A DNA stretch of 63,914 nt, the filler included, from Chiloscyllium plagiosum (Eukaryota), in NCBI RefSeq assembly GCF_004010195.1. It is 4 parts of one record of this genome, joined end to end, with 100 filler letters (N's around TTAATTAATTAA, not from the genome) between each part and the next. Parts side by side here need not be neighbours in the genome. Positions count along the whole stretch, not along the records: positions 27,883 to 52,372 come from NC_057712.1; positions 52,473 to 59,586 come from NC_057712.1; positions 59,687 to 63,914 come from NC_057712.1; 1 more part is not named here. One strand, 5' to 3'. This document shows, in pieces, positions 49,307 through 62,089 of the stretch. Positions within the stretch are counted from its first letter, which is position 1; every line of letters starts with the position of its first letter. A model generated the notes under the pieces. It saw only the letters and a program-made list of their open reading frames with translations. It ran no database searches and had not been told where the DNA came from. The translations under genes were made by a program, and so were the position numbers.

Positions 49307-50550
49307 CCCTCTGGTGTATCCAGTATCTCCAACTGAATCTGGATATCGCGTGGTGTGGATCAAATTGGCTGATGGCTGGTAACTGGATTGCTGTGGACCA
49401 CTGGAGGAGGCTGAGGTGCATCATCCACTCAGCACTTCTGACTGAAGATTGTTGTGAATGCACCAGCCTAATCTTATACACTGAAGTGCTGGGCTTTTCC
49501 ATCATTAAGGATTGGGATACTCGTGGAATCTCCTTCTCCAATGACTTGTTTAATTGTCCATAACTATTCTCTCTCGAACTAGAAGGACTGCAGAGCTTAG
49601 TTCTGATCTGTTGCTTGTGGGATCACTTAGCTTTGTCTATCACTTAGTGCTTATGCTGTCTGGCGCACAAGTAGTCCTGTTTGGTGGCTTCATCAGGCTG
49701 ACATCTCATTGTCAGGTATGCCTGGTGCTGCTCCTGCCCTCCTGCACACTCCATTGAACCAAGGTTGATCCTCTGGTTTGATGGTAATTGTTGTGAGGGG
49801 GATATGCCAGGCCATGAGGTTGTGCTGGAGTACAATTATGCTGCTATTGATGACTTGCAACACGTTATGGAAACCCAGATAGATCTGTTCGAAGTCTGTC
49901 CCAGTTAGCACGGTGATAGTGCTACCTACGCTGGTGGAGCTTATTCTCAATGTGCAGGTGTGACTTTATCTCCACAATAACTATGCAGTGGTCACTCTTA
50001 ACGATAATGTCATGGACAGATACTTCTGCAACTGGCAGATTAGTAAGGCTATGGTCAAATATGGCTTTTCCCTCTTGTGGCTTCCTTCACCACCTGCCGT
50101 AGACCCAGTCTATCCGGTATATCCTTTAGGACTCGGCCAGTTCAAGCAGTAATTCTGCTGCTGAACCACTCTTTTTCTGGACATTGACATCCCCAACCCA
50201 GAGTACATTTTGTGCCTTTGCCACCCTCAGTGCTTCCTCCAGTGTTGGTCAGCTTGGAGGAGTACTGACTCATCAGTTGGGAGAGACTGGTACATAGTAA
50301 TTAGCAGGAGGTTTCCTTTTTCATGTGTAAACTAATGCCATGAGTCTTCCTGGGATACAGTTCACTGTTGTGGACTCCCAGAGCAATTCCCTTCCAACTG
50401 TATCCCACTGTGCTACCACGTCTGCTTTGTCTATCCTGCTGGTGAAACAGTAGATATCCGGGGAAGGTGATGGCGTGTCTGGGACATAGTCATACTCACA
50501 CAATCAGACCTTAAATACCAAGTCAAGCTGTTGCTTCACGTGTCTGTTTT
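49307..50550 (-). mobile_element. Non-HER1 CR1/L2-group LINE, APE and tether fragment
   Basis: VLWVGDVNV..W, ATRG and TIKPEDQPWFN; homologous to 60745-61250. Confidence 0.7.
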
Positions 50551-51189
50551 TTTCTATTCACTGTTTCCTGCCAGCTGTCCCATTCTAGAAACATGGCCAT
50601 ATATTCGCCCCAATCCACTAAGATTTGATTTTGCAAACTAGGCTGGGAGATTTATCAACATTTTTTCTGAAAATCCACGTGTTTTACATCCATTGTTTCT
50701 CTTTCATTTGTCTCCCCGTCAGTTTCTCAAACATAATTCCCATTTCATAAATCTATGTTAGTGTTGTCTATGACCATTACTTTCAGTCCCAATAATTTCT
50801 CCCAAACAATTTACTTACTATATTCTGTGTTCCATGTACTATTTCATTTTCCCACACCATACTTGGTTGTCCTGGTATTGTCAGAAAGTTCAGTGAAGAC
50901 AGAACTGAAGTTGTGGATTCATAGTTTTGCCATTTCCTTGTTTCCCATTCTCCATTTTCTGGTTTCAAGCTGGAAAAAAATCTGCACTGTTTTTTCATAC
51001 TTCTGTTTTTTCATACTTCTCACATTGATATAATTTGACAAGCTATAACAGTTCACTCTTATAATCTTCGTGAACATTATCTTCAGAAACCCACGAATTC
51101 ATGACTTAAGCTGCTCAGCTCCACATCATACACTCGCAGGAGCATCGTTTCTGTACCAACAGAAATACAGCACGATTTATATTAGTCCC

Positions 51190-52372
51190 ACTTTCCAACA
51201 CCAGGCCCATAGCCTGTAATGTTATGAAACTTCCAGGTACTTTTAACGGTTGAGAGGTTAGCCGTGATAACTCCCCTCTCAGGAAGTACATTTCAGACCT
51301 CAACACCCTCTGGGTGAAAAAAAGTAATCTTTAAATCCTCTCTGAACCTCGAACCCTTCACTTTTAGATTAGATTACTTACAGTGTGGAAACAGGCCGAA
51401 GCGCAACCTACCCATACCCCTAGATTTGCCCCTTACCTAACACTACGGGCAATTTAGCATGGCCAATTCACCTGACCTGCACATCTTTGGACTGTGGGAG
51501 GAAACTGGAGCACCCGGAGGAAACCCACGCAGACACGGGGAGAATGTGCAAACTCCACACAGTCAGTCGCCTGAGGCGGGAATTGAACACTGTGCCACTG
51601 TGCCGCCCACTTTAAAAGTGTGCTCCCTGGTTCTTGACCCTCTGTCTAAAAGGAACAGCTGCTGTCTATCCACCCTGTCCATGCCCCTTGTTAACTTATC
51701 CTTCTGAATCACGTCCCCCGCGCCTCCTCTGCTCCAAAGTAAACAACCCGAGCTTATCCAGCCTCTCTCCATCGCTGATATGCTCCATCCCAGGGATCAT
51801 CCTGGTGAATCTCCTCTGCAACCACTCCAGTACAATCACATCCTTCCTGTAATGTGGCTCCCAGAACGACATGCAGTACTCCATCATGGACTAAACCAAG
51901 CCCCGTATAGCACTTATAATCTACTCCCTGATTATTAAACGCTACACCCAAGGTTCAATTCTTAACTAGTCCATTACCCTGTTCAATCACGTTCAGGAAT
52001 GTGTGGAGAAACACCTTGTGAGCTTCCTAGTGTGCTGCCAATCATTGTGTACACCCCATGTCTGGTTCCTCCTTCCAAAGTACATCACCTCATATTTATC
52101 AGGATCACATTCCATTTGGCATTGATATGCCCATCTGATCATTCCACTTGCATTTTCCTGTAAAATCAGAACTTCCTCCTCACTGCCAACCACCCGGCCA
52201 ATCTTTGTTTCAAACACAAACTTACTTATCACAACTCCCACCCCTCCACCCACCCCCCTCCCCCTCCAGATTCACATCTATACCATTTATGAATGCTACA
52301 AATAATAAGGGACACAGCACTGATCCCTGTAGTACACCAGGGACACTGGTCTCCAGTCACACAAACAACCTT
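51190..52372 (-). mobile_element. Old CR1 LINE 3' part
   Basis: EYCMSFW.PHYRKDVIVLE..QRRFTRMIPG. Confidence 0.85.
51364..51610 (-). mobile_element. V-SINE (HE1-like) nested in CR1
   Basis: Reverse complement has the head GGGCGGCACAGTGGCACAGTG, the V-domain and a (TAATC)n tail. Confidence 0.9.
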
Positions 52373-52472
52373 NNNNNNNNNNNNNNNNNNNNNNNNNNNN
52401 NNNNNNNNNNNNNNNNTTAATTAATTAANNNNNNNNNNNNNNNNNNNNNNNNNNNNNNNNNNNNNNNNNNNN

Positions 52473-53055
52473 TCTGCTGGTAGTGTGATTATGTTCTTAT
52501 CGTTTCTTAGTGATTTTAGTGCTTCCCTCTCCTTGGTGTTGAGGTTATGTGTTTGTCTTTTCCTTGTTATCAGGGTTACGATACTTTGCCTCACTGTTTG
52601 TTGTGTCTCTTCTGTCAGTCCATTGTTCCTGAGTGTGCATTCTAGTGCTGCTAGGAAGTCTGCTGTCTTGGCGTCCCTGTGGTTGTAGTTGAGTCCCTTG
52701 GCCAGTATTGTACTTTCCGTGTCTGTGAGCTGTCTGTGAGAGAGGTTTTTAACCCAGGTGTGTGTTGTGGTGTCCTCTTTGTTGTGTGTTAGTTTGGCCA
52801 TTTTTTCTTTTAGTGCCGTTTTTTTGCAGTGTGTGGTCCTGTTCTATCCTATGGTGACAGCCCGTTCTATGGTCTGGGTCCATTCCTGATTAGTGGTTTT
52901 TGAAATTAACAACTTTTGGCGCGCAATTTCTTGTCTGTATTTGTGAAGTCTGTTGTGCGCGTCTGTAATCATTACCTGGATCATCCTGAATCCGTTCTGT
53001 CTGGCTGTGTCTCTGGCTTGTGGATTGTTGACTGGCGGTCTGTATCTGACACATG
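52473..53055 (-). mobile_element. Penelope-like element (second family), N-terminal ORF part
   Basis: WVKNLSHRQLT..ILAKGLNY..NLNTKEREALKSLRNDKNIITLPA(DKG). Confidence 0.88.
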
Positions 53056-53350
53056 GTGGAAGCCATTATAGGGCAAGCCAAACAAAGAACAGCCAGGGAA
53101 TTCCTAGAAGCATGGAACTCATCTACAAACTCCATCAACAAATACATCGACCTGGACCCAATATACCGGCCACTACAGCGGACAGCTGAAACTGACAACT
53201 GGAAGCGGCAGGGACAGGCCACTATAAATGCCGGAGGAAACACCACAGAAGCGCTTCACAGGAGGCTCCCAAGCACTGAGGATGTCACCTAGACAGGGGA
53301 CGAAACGTTTGCAACAAAAATTTCCAGCTCAGCGAACAGAACCACAACAA
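53056..53350 (+). mobile_element. Penelope-like 3' end (GIY-YIG C-terminus + hammerhead), inverted relative to the adjacent piece
   Basis: IIGQAKQRTAREFLEAWNS..SINKYIDLDPIY. Confidence 0.85.
53273..53312 (+). ncRNA. Minimal hammerhead ribozyme motif (family C)
   Basis: gca CTGAGGA t gtcacct agac aggggac GAAACGTT tgc; stem I gca/tgc. Confidence 0.78.
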
Positions 53351-53480
53351 TGAATAGGAAGGTTGAGAGGGATAAGGGCCAAGTGCTGGCAAATGGGACA
53401 AGATTAGGTTAGGAAAACTGGTCGGCATGGACGAGTTGGACTGAAGGGTCTGTTTCCATGCTGTACATCTCTATGTCTCT
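53351..53480 (+). mobile_element. CR1 3' end
   Basis: HER1-type 3' UTR and tail. Confidence 0.85.
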
Positions 53481-53649
53481 AATAGGTTGTACCAGTTTTG
53501 GCATCATATTAAGTCACAGAATTAATAAATGACCCTTAGAGAAATGACACCCTTTGTAGCAGCAGCCACTTATGTTTGAATTTTACATTCAATTTGAAAT
53601 TAAGAAGAGTGGGTTCAAGCATTGTAATTATAAAAAAAGCAGCAACAAT

Positions 53650-55635
53650 GTGGGTATGCAAACTGAGCCAGCAGGAATGAGCTAACAAACTGGACTCGAA
53701 GATCTAAGATCATCTCTACATCTATACAGAAGCAGTAGCAGACATTTAAGGAGAGATTTCAGAATACTTAGATGAATAATATTCCATCTACAAATAAGAA
53801 AATCTAACAGAGAACCAAAATCAGGAAAGAAATTAAGGAAAGTGTCAAATTTAAGGATAAAATATGCAATAGTGTAAAGAAAGTTGCAGGTCAGATGATT
53901 GGTCAAAACATAAAAACTATCAAAGAATGATTAAAGATTAATCAGAAAAAGAAATTAGAGTATAAGAGTATGTAAGTTCCTCAGAGGTCAGAATTGAGAC
54001 CACAACTAGTCACTATTAATCACCTATACGAGGGAACTGAGGGCATTGTTGCTAAGTTTGCAGATGACACAAAAATAGTTGGAAGGATAGGCAGTGTTGA
54101 AAAAGCAGGGATGCTACAGACAGGGTAGGAGAGGGGGCAAAGAAATGGAAGATGGAATGCAATCTGTGAAATGTGAGATTATGCACTTTGGTAGGAAGAA
54201 CAGACTGATTTCCAAGTGGGGAAATGCTTCTGAAATCTGAAATGCAAAGGGATTTAGGTTTCCTAGTTCAGGACACTCTTACGGTTAACATGCATGGTCA
54301 GTTGACAGTTAGGAAGGCAAATGAAATATTAGCATTCATTTCAAGAGGGCCAGAATATACAAGCAGGGAGTGCTGCTGCAGCTACAAAAGACTGCATTTT
54401 GAATGAAGGATGTGTTGGCATTAGAGGGAGCCCAGAGAGGGTTCACAAGAATGATGCCGGAGATGAAGAGATTGTCTTATTAGAAGCAGTTGAGGAACTG
54501 GTTCTGAGGAAGGATCACTCGACCTGAAACGTTAACTCTTATGAAACGTTAACTCTTATTCTCTCCTGTGAGTTGAGCTTTTCCAGCAATTTCTATTTTG
54601 TTTCAGAATACTGAGAGGCCTGGATAGAGTGGATACGGAGAAAATGTGAGGACCTGAGAGTACAGCCTCAGAATGAAAGGATGACTACTTAGCACTGAAG
54701 TGAGGAGGACATTCTTCAGTTCGAGAACAGTGGAACTGTGGAGCTCATTGTCAGAGAAGGCTGTGGAGGCCAAGTCATTGAGTGCCTTTAAGACAAAGAT
54801 ACATAGGTTCTTAATGAATAAGATGCTCAAGGGAGAAGGCAGCAGGATAGGCTTGAGAAACATATCAGCGTCATCAAATGCTGGAGCAAACTCAATGGGC
54901 TGAATGGAATAATTCTGCTCCTCTATCTTATGGTCCAATAAGAGAAAGTTTGCTTGAAATGTAACAACATTTTCAGAAGTATTTAAAAAGGAAATGAGTA
55001 AGTAAAGTGAACATTAGTCCTCTGGAGAGTGAGGATGAGTTCTTGGAAGATAAGGAAATGGCAGGTGAAATGAGCAATGTTTTGATTTTGTCTTTAGTAA
55101 ACAAAGTACAAAAACCATCCCAGTAATAGCCGTAAATTAGGAGCTGGAAGGGTGAGAGGAACTTCATGAAAGTACAATCATTACAGCAGCAATATTGAGC
55201 AATTTGATAGAAATGTTGGTTGACAGATTTTCAGCTCCAGAAGGACCTCACCATAGAGTCTTAAAAGAAGTTGCTAATGAGGTCTTGGATGCTTTTAGTG
55301 TTAACTTTCTGAAATTTTCTAGATTCTGGAAAAGATTAATGGAACTGAAAACTAGCAAATACAACTTATTTTTTCAAAGAGCAGGAGGGCTAGACTTGAT
55401 CCTTAGGAAGGTGAAGGCTGGGCACTTAGAAATACACAAGGTAAAATGAAGAGTCAGCATGGCTTTGTGATAATGAAGTTATGTTTGATCAATTCATGAG
55501 AGTTCTTTGAAGGAGTAAGATGTACTTATGATGAATGGGAGTCTGTAGAAGTACTGCTCTTGGATTTCCAGAATGCATTTAACAAGTTGCCACTTTATAT
55601 GTAATTGGGCAAATAATTAGTTCACAGTGTCAGGG
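53650..55635 (+). mobile_element. Old CR1 LINE fragments (at least two copies)
   Basis: AKFADDTK, QRDLG, RRTFFS.R.V.LW, SQHGF and DFQNAF. Confidence 0.75.
54501..54536 (+). ncRNA. Minimal hammerhead ribozyme motif (family D) in a short insert (~54500-54605)
   Basis: gtt CTGAGGA aggatc act cgacct GAAACGTT aac; stem I gtt/aac. Confidence 0.72.
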
Positions 55636-56475
55636 AGAAAGTAGAGTCACAGGTAGCTAGGATAGTGAAGAAGGCATTTGGTGTGCTTTCTTTTATTGGT
55701 TAGAGTATTGAGTATAGCAGTTGGGAGGTCATGTTGTGGCTATACAGGATGTTGATTAAGCCACTTTTGGAATATTGCATGCAGTTCTGGTCTCCCTCCT
55801 ATTGGAAGGATGTTATGAAAGTTGAAAGAGTTCAGAAAAGATTTGCACCGATGTTGCCAGGGTCAGAGAATTTGAGCTATAGGGAAAGGCTGAATAGGCT
55901 GGGGCTGTTTTCCCTGGAGCATTGGAGGCTGAGGTGTGACCTTATAGAGGTTTATAAAATCATGAGGAGCATGGATAGAGAAAATAGACTAAGTCTTTAC
56001 CTTGGGGTCGGGGAGTCCAGAACGAGAGGTCATAGCTTTAGAGTGAGAGGAGAAAGATATAAAAGGGAACTAAGGGGCAACTCTTTCACACAGAGGGAGG
56101 TACATGTATGGAATGGGCTGCCAGAGGAAGTGGTGGAGGATAGTACAATTGTAGCAAATAAAAGGCATCTGGATAGGTATATGAATAGGAAGGGTCTAGA
56201 GGGATATGGATCAAGATTAGACTGGTGCTGGAAAAGCGCAGCAGGTTAGGTGGCATCCGGGGAGCAGGTTTTTCCTGCTGCTCAGATGCTGCCTGACCTG
56301 CTACACTTTTCCAGCACCACTCTAATCTTGACAGCACCTGCAGTTCTCACTTTCTCCTTAGAGGGATATGGGCCAAGTGCTGGTAAATGGAACCAGATTA
56401 GGTTAGGATATCTGTTTGGCATGGACAAGATGGACCGAAGAGTCTGTTTCTGTGCTGTACATCTCTATGAATCTA
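55636..56475 (+). mobile_element. CR1 (HER1-like) 3' part
   Basis: ORF 55731-56249 is the RT C-terminus; 3' UTR follows. Confidence 0.93.
56210..56358. mobile_element. Fold-back (palindromic) family A Penelope-terminus insert
   Basis: Inverted arms span 56211-56331; 13-bp TSD TAGAGGGATATGG at 56197-56209 and 56359-56371. Confidence 0.88.
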
Positions 56476-56714
56476 TAATATATTAACATGGATAGATGAT
56501 TGGTTAGCTAAAAGAAAGCAGGGCTTGTAAGTGAACATTGTTTCCTTTTGCAGTTGAGTCAAGAACTAGGTGACGTAGTGTAAACATTAGGAATTATCTT
56601 TTCAGGCAGAGATGAGGAGAATTGTTTTTTTTCAGAGTTTTCGGTATCTTTGAGAAGGTAGTGGAGGCAGGGTCATTGATTTATATTAAGGCAGCTATAG
56701 GCAAATTTGTGTTG

Positions 56715-59586
56715 GTCATAGAGTCATAGAGATGTACAGCATGGAAACAGACCCTTCGGTCCAACCCGTCCATGTTGACCAGATATCCCAACCCAATCTA
56801 GTCCCACCTGCTAGCACCTGGCCCATATCCCTCCAAACCCTTCCTATTCATAGACCTATCCATCTGGCAGCTCATTCCATACACGTACCACCCTCTGCGT
56901 GAAAACGTTGCCCCTTAGGTCACTTTTATATCTTTCCCCTGTCACCCTAAACCTATGCCCTCTAGTTCTGGATTCCCCAACACCACAGAAAAGACTTTGC
57001 CTAATTATCCTATACATGCCCCTCAATATTTTGAAACCCTCTATAAGGTCACCCCTCAGCCTCCGACTCTCCAGGGAAAACAGCCCCAGCCTGTTCATCC
57101 TCTCCCTGTAGCTCAGATCCTCCAACCCTGGCAACATCCTTGTAAATCTTTTCTGAACCCTTTCAANNNNNNNNNNNNNNNNNNNNNNNNNNNNNNNNNN
57201 NNNNNNNNNNNNNNNNNNNNNNNNNNNNNNNNNNNNNNNNNNNNNNNNNNNNNNNNNNNNNNNNNNNNNNNNNNNNNNNNNNNNNNNNNNNNNNNNNNNN
57301 NNNNNNNNNNNNNNNNNNNNNNNNNNNNNNNNNNNNNNNNNNNNNNNNNNNNNNNNNNNNNNNNNNNNNNNNNNNNNNNNNNNNNNNNNNNNNNNNNNNN
57401 NNNNNNNNNNNNNNNNNNNNNNNNNNNNNNNNNNNNNNNNNNNNNNNNNNNNNNNNNNNNNNNNNNNNNNNNNNNNNNNNNNNNNNNNNNNNNNNNNNNN
57501 NNNNNNNNNNNNNNNNNNNNNNNNNNNNNNNNNNNNNNNNNNNNNNNNNNNNNNNNNNNNNNNNNNNNNNNNNNNNNNNNNNNNNNNNNNNNNNNNNNNN
57601 NNNNNNNNNNNNNNNNNNNNNNNNNNNNNNNNNNNNNNNNNNNNNNNNNNNNNNNNNNNNNNNNNNNNNNNNNNNNNNNNNNNNNNNNNNNNNNNNNNNN
57701 NNNNNNNNNNNNNNNNNNNNNNNNNNNNNNNNNNNNNNNNNNNNGCTCTGCCCTCATCAATCTTCTTTGTTACTTCATCAAAAAACTCAATCAAGTTTAT
57801 GAGACATGATTTCCCACGCACAAAGCCATGTTGACTACCCCTAATCAGTCCTTGCCTTTCCAAGTACATGTACATCCTGTCCCTCAGGAGTCCCTCCAAC
57901 AACGTGCCCACCACTGAGGTCAGGCTCACTGGTCTATAGTTCCCTGGCTTGTCCTTACTGCCCTTCTTAAACAGTGGCACCACATTTGCCAATCTCCAAT
58001 CTTCCGGCATCTCACCTATGACTATCGATGATACAAATATCTCAACAAGAGGCCCAGCAATCACTTATCTAGCTTCACACAGAGCTCTCGGGTACATCTG
58101 ATCAGGTCCTGGGGATTTATCCACCTTTAACCGTTTCAAGACATCCAGCACTTCCTCCTCTGTAATCTGGACATTTTGCAAGATGTCACCATCTATTTCT
58201 CTATAGTCTATATCTGCCATATCCTTTTCCACAGTAAATAGTGTTGCAAAATATTCATTTAGTATCTCCCTCATTTTCTGTGGCTCCACACAAAGGCCGC
58301 CTTGCTGATCTTTGAGGGGTGAAAATGTGTCGCTGGGAAAGCGCAGCATCTGCAATCCTCCAGTATCTGCAGTCCTCACTTTCTCCTGATCTTTGAGTGG
58401 CCCTATTCACTCCCTAATTACCCATTTGTCCTTAATATATTTGTAAAAACTCTTTGGATTCTCCTTACTTCTATTTGCCAAAGCTATCTCATGTCAATGT
58501 CTTGCCCTCCTGATTTCCCTCTTAAGTATACTCCTACTTTCTTTATACTCTTTGAGCTATTCTTTAAACTATTCACTCGATCTATCCAGTCCATACCTGA
58601 CATATGCTTCCTTCTTTTTCTTAACCAAACCCTCAATTTCTTTTGTCATCCAGCATTCCCTATACCTACCAGCCTTCCCTTTCACCCTGACAGGAATATA
58701 CTTTCTCTGGATTCTTGTTATCTCATTTCTGAAGGCTTCCCATTTTCCAGCCATGCCTTTACCTGTGAACATCTGCCTCCAATCAGCTTTTGAAAGTTCT
58801 TGCCTAATGCCGTCAAAATTGGCCTTTCTCCGATTTAGAACTTCAACTTTTAGATCTGGTCTATCCTTTTCCATCACTATTTTAAAATGAATAGAATCAT
58901 GGTCAATGGCCCCAAAATGCTCCCCCACTGACACCTCAGTCACCTGCCCTGCCTTATTTCCCAAGAGTAGGTCAAGTTTTGTACCTTCTCTAGTAGGTAC
59001 ATCCACATACTGAATCAGAAAATTGTCTTGTTCACACTTAAGAAATTCCTCTCCACCTAAACCTTTAACACTATGGCAATCCCAGTTGATGTTTGGAAAG
59101 TTAAAATCCCCTACCATAACCACCCTATTATTCTTACAGATAGCTGAGATCTCCTTACAAGTCTGTTCTCAATTTCCCTCTGACTATTGAGGGGTCTATA
59201 ATACAATCCCAATAAAGTGATCTTCTCTTTCTTATTTCTCAGTTGAATCCAAATAACTTCCCTGGATGTATTTCCGGGAATATTCTCCCTTAGCACAGCT
59301 GTAATGCTATCCCTTATCAAAAATGCCACTCCCCCTCCTCTTTTGCCTCCCTTTCTATCCTTCCTGTAGCATTTGTATCCTGGAACATTAAGCTGCCAGT
59401 CCTGTCCATCCCTGAGCCATGTTTCCGTAATTGCTATCCCAGTCCCATGTTCCTAAACATGTCCTGAGTTCATCCTCCTTCCCTGTTAGGCCCCTTGCAT
59501 TGAAATAAAAGCAGTTTAATTTATTCGTCCTACCTTGTCCCTGCCTGCCCTGACTGTTTGACTCACTTCTGTTCTCAGCTGTACCC
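56715..59586 (-). mobile_element. CR1 (HER1-like) LINE, near-complete ORF2 with an N gap
   Basis: APE (GDFNFPNINW, PTREGTKLDLLL, IDH), tether, RT and 3' tail in order. Confidence 0.95.
58317..58385. mobile_element. Tiny inverted family A Penelope-terminus insert
   Basis: 12-bp TSD CTGATCTTTGAG at 58305-58316 and 58386-58397. Confidence 0.75.
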
Positions 59587-59686
59587 NNNNNNNNNNNNNN
59601 NNNNNNNNNNNNNNNNNNNNNNNNNNNNNNTTAATTAATTAANNNNNNNNNNNNNNNNNNNNNNNNNNNNNNNNNNNNNNNNNNNN

Positions 59687-60030
59687 GAGTCCGTGTGGGA
59701 TGAGGTGGTTACGGAGACAGGCATTGAGGAAGCAAACGTGGCTGTGGTAGCGGGTTTGTTTCAGGACATGGTTGAAGAGTTTCAGGGCTGAGGAAATGAC
59801 CTGGGAGTTGCAGTGGGAGAGAGACTCCCTGAGATTCTTGTAGAGAGAGGAGGAAAACTTCTTCAAGGCAGGCATCCTTGCAAGAGGATTCGCAGTAGGG
59901 TTAAAATCAACGAGGTAAAAACAATGACTGCAGATGCTGGAAACCAGATTCTGGATCAGTGGTGCTGGAAGAGCACAGCAATTCAGGCAGCATCCGACAA
60001 GCAGCAAAATCGACGTTTCGGGCAAAAGCC
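59687..60030 (-). mobile_element. Penelope-like element 5' end (half hammerhead + ORF N-terminus)
   Basis: Reverse complement GGGCTTTTGCCCGAAACGTCG, then ..TRYHSHVCFLNACLRNHLIPHGL. Confidence 0.8.
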
Positions 60031-60663
60031 CGTTTGGTATGCTTTCCTTTATTGGTCAGAATATTGAGTACAGGAGTTGGGAGGTCATGTTACAGCTGTA
60101 CAGGACATTGTTTAGGCCACTTTTAGAATATTGTGTGCAATTCTGCCTTACCACCCATCGGTAAGATGTTGTAAAACTTGAAAGGGTTCAGAAAAGATTT
60201 ACCAGCATGTTGCCAAGGTTGGAGGTTTTGAGCTGCACGAATAGACTGGGGCTGTTTTCCCTAGAATGTTGGAGGCTGAGGGGTGCTTTTACAGATGTTT
60301 ATAAAATCATGAGGGGCATGGATAGAGTAAATTGACAAGATCTTTTCCCTGGAGTGGGAGATTCCAGAACTAAAGCGCCTAGCTTTAGGGTGAGAGGGGA
60401 AAGTTTTCAAAAGGACCTAAGAGGTAAATTTTTCATGCAGATGGTGGTGCATGTATGGAATGAGGGGCCAGAGGAAGTGGTGGATCCTGCTACAATTACA
60501 ATATTTAAAAGGCATCTAGATGGGTATATGAATAGGAAGGGTTTCAATAGATAAGGGCCAAGTGCTGGCAAATAGGACGCGATTAGGTTAGGATATCTGG
60601 TCGGCATGGACGAGTTGGACCGAGGGGTCTGTTTCCATGCTGTACATCTCTTTGGCTCTATGA
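60031..60663 (+). mobile_element. CR1 (HER1-like) 3' part
   Basis: FGMLSFIGQNIEYRSW..WNE and 3' UTR. Confidence 0.93.
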
Positions 60664-60744
60664 ATGGTGAAGATGAGGTTAAGTATATTTTTCTTTAATT
60701 TATTTTCCTCACCACATGCTGTAGACTCAGTTTAGCATCTGTTT

Positions 60745-61250
60745 CCTTTAGGACTTGACGAACTCAGTCGGTAACGATGCAGCTGAGCCACTCTTGGTCT
60801 TGGACATTGAAATCTCCCACCCAGAGTAGATTCTGTGTTCTTGTCATTCTCAGTGTTTCCTCCTCTATATTCAACATAGAGGCGTACTAATTCACCAGCC
60901 GAGGAGGTGATAATTACCAGGAGGTTTCCTTGCCCATGTCTGACCTGATACCATAGGACCTCATGGGGTCTGGTGGCAATGTTTAGGATTCCCAGGGTAA
61001 TTCATTCCTGAATGAAAATCACTTTGCCACCACCTCCTCCAGCATATCCTCCTGGTGGGACAGGCCATACCCAGGGCTGGCGATGTGGTGTCTGGGTGAT
61101 TGTGTGTGAGATATGATTCCGTATGACTATGTCAGACTGTTGCTTGACTAGTCTCGCCCCACATTAGTAACGAGGAAATTACAGAATCAACAGGGCTTTT
61201 TTTGGCATTGTCATTTCAGTGTCTTAGTTGATGTCAGGTTTCATTTGTTT
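60745..61250 (-). mobile_element. Non-HER1 CR1/L2-group LINE APE fragment
   Basis: Homologous to 50150-50550; LWVGDFNVQ. Confidence 0.65.
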
Positions 61251-61931
61251 TTTTTTCCTTTGTAGTGTTTAATAAAACTAAATGGCTTGCTAGTTTATTT
61301 CAGAGTGTAAGTAAGAGTTACCCACATTGCTGTTTGCCTGGAGTTACAAATAATCCAGACCAGGTAAGGATGTCAGATTTTCTTCCGTAAATAGCATTGG
61401 TGATGAAATGGATTTTTACAATTTCATGATCATCATCAGACTTTGAGTTCCAGTTTATATTTTTTGAATTCAAATTCTGTTGTGTCGTTGAACAAGGATT
61501 TCCAGATCATTACCTGGTTCTCTGGATTAGTAGTCCAGTAACAATTCCACTATACTATCACCTCCAAGCCTTTATCACATGTCTGAAGAACCTTAATTCA
61601 CTTGTAATGGAGTGCAGTAGAGTACATATCACTGATATCTCAATCATCACCCTAATCTACCATCTTAAGCATTTACAATAGAGTGGCATTAGTGTGTACC
61701 ATCTACAACAATTCAAAGGTTTCTTCAAAATGACCTTTCTTTAAACCCATGACCTCCACTACCTAAAAGTTAAAGGTAGCAAACATATGGGCACGCCACT
61801 TTCAACAAGTTCCCCTGCAAGACATACACCATTCTGATTTGAAACTATATACGTTGCAGCTTGTACATAAGTCATTCCCAAACTCTCAGAGTCCTGAGTT
61901 AACAGCACTTATACTGCACACTGTTCAACAA

Positions 61932-62089
61932 TGATGTGGAGGTGCCAGTAATGGACTGGGGAGGACAAAGTTAAAAATCAGACAACACCAAATTAAGGTT
62001 GAACAGGTTTATTTGGAAGTACTAGCTTTCAGACCACTGCTTGATGAAGAACTTGTTGAACTATAACCTGGTGTTGTCTGATTTTTAAC
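61932..62089. mobile_element. Fold-back family B Penelope-terminus insert
   Basis: Inverted arms GTTAAAAATCAGACAACACC and GGTGTTGTCTGATTTTTAAC. Confidence 0.75.

Noticed and set aside
48156..49541. ORFs spanning N gaps (also 1579-2544 and 56856-58064)
   Set aside because: Their length comes from Ns; only the flanking LINE peptides are real.
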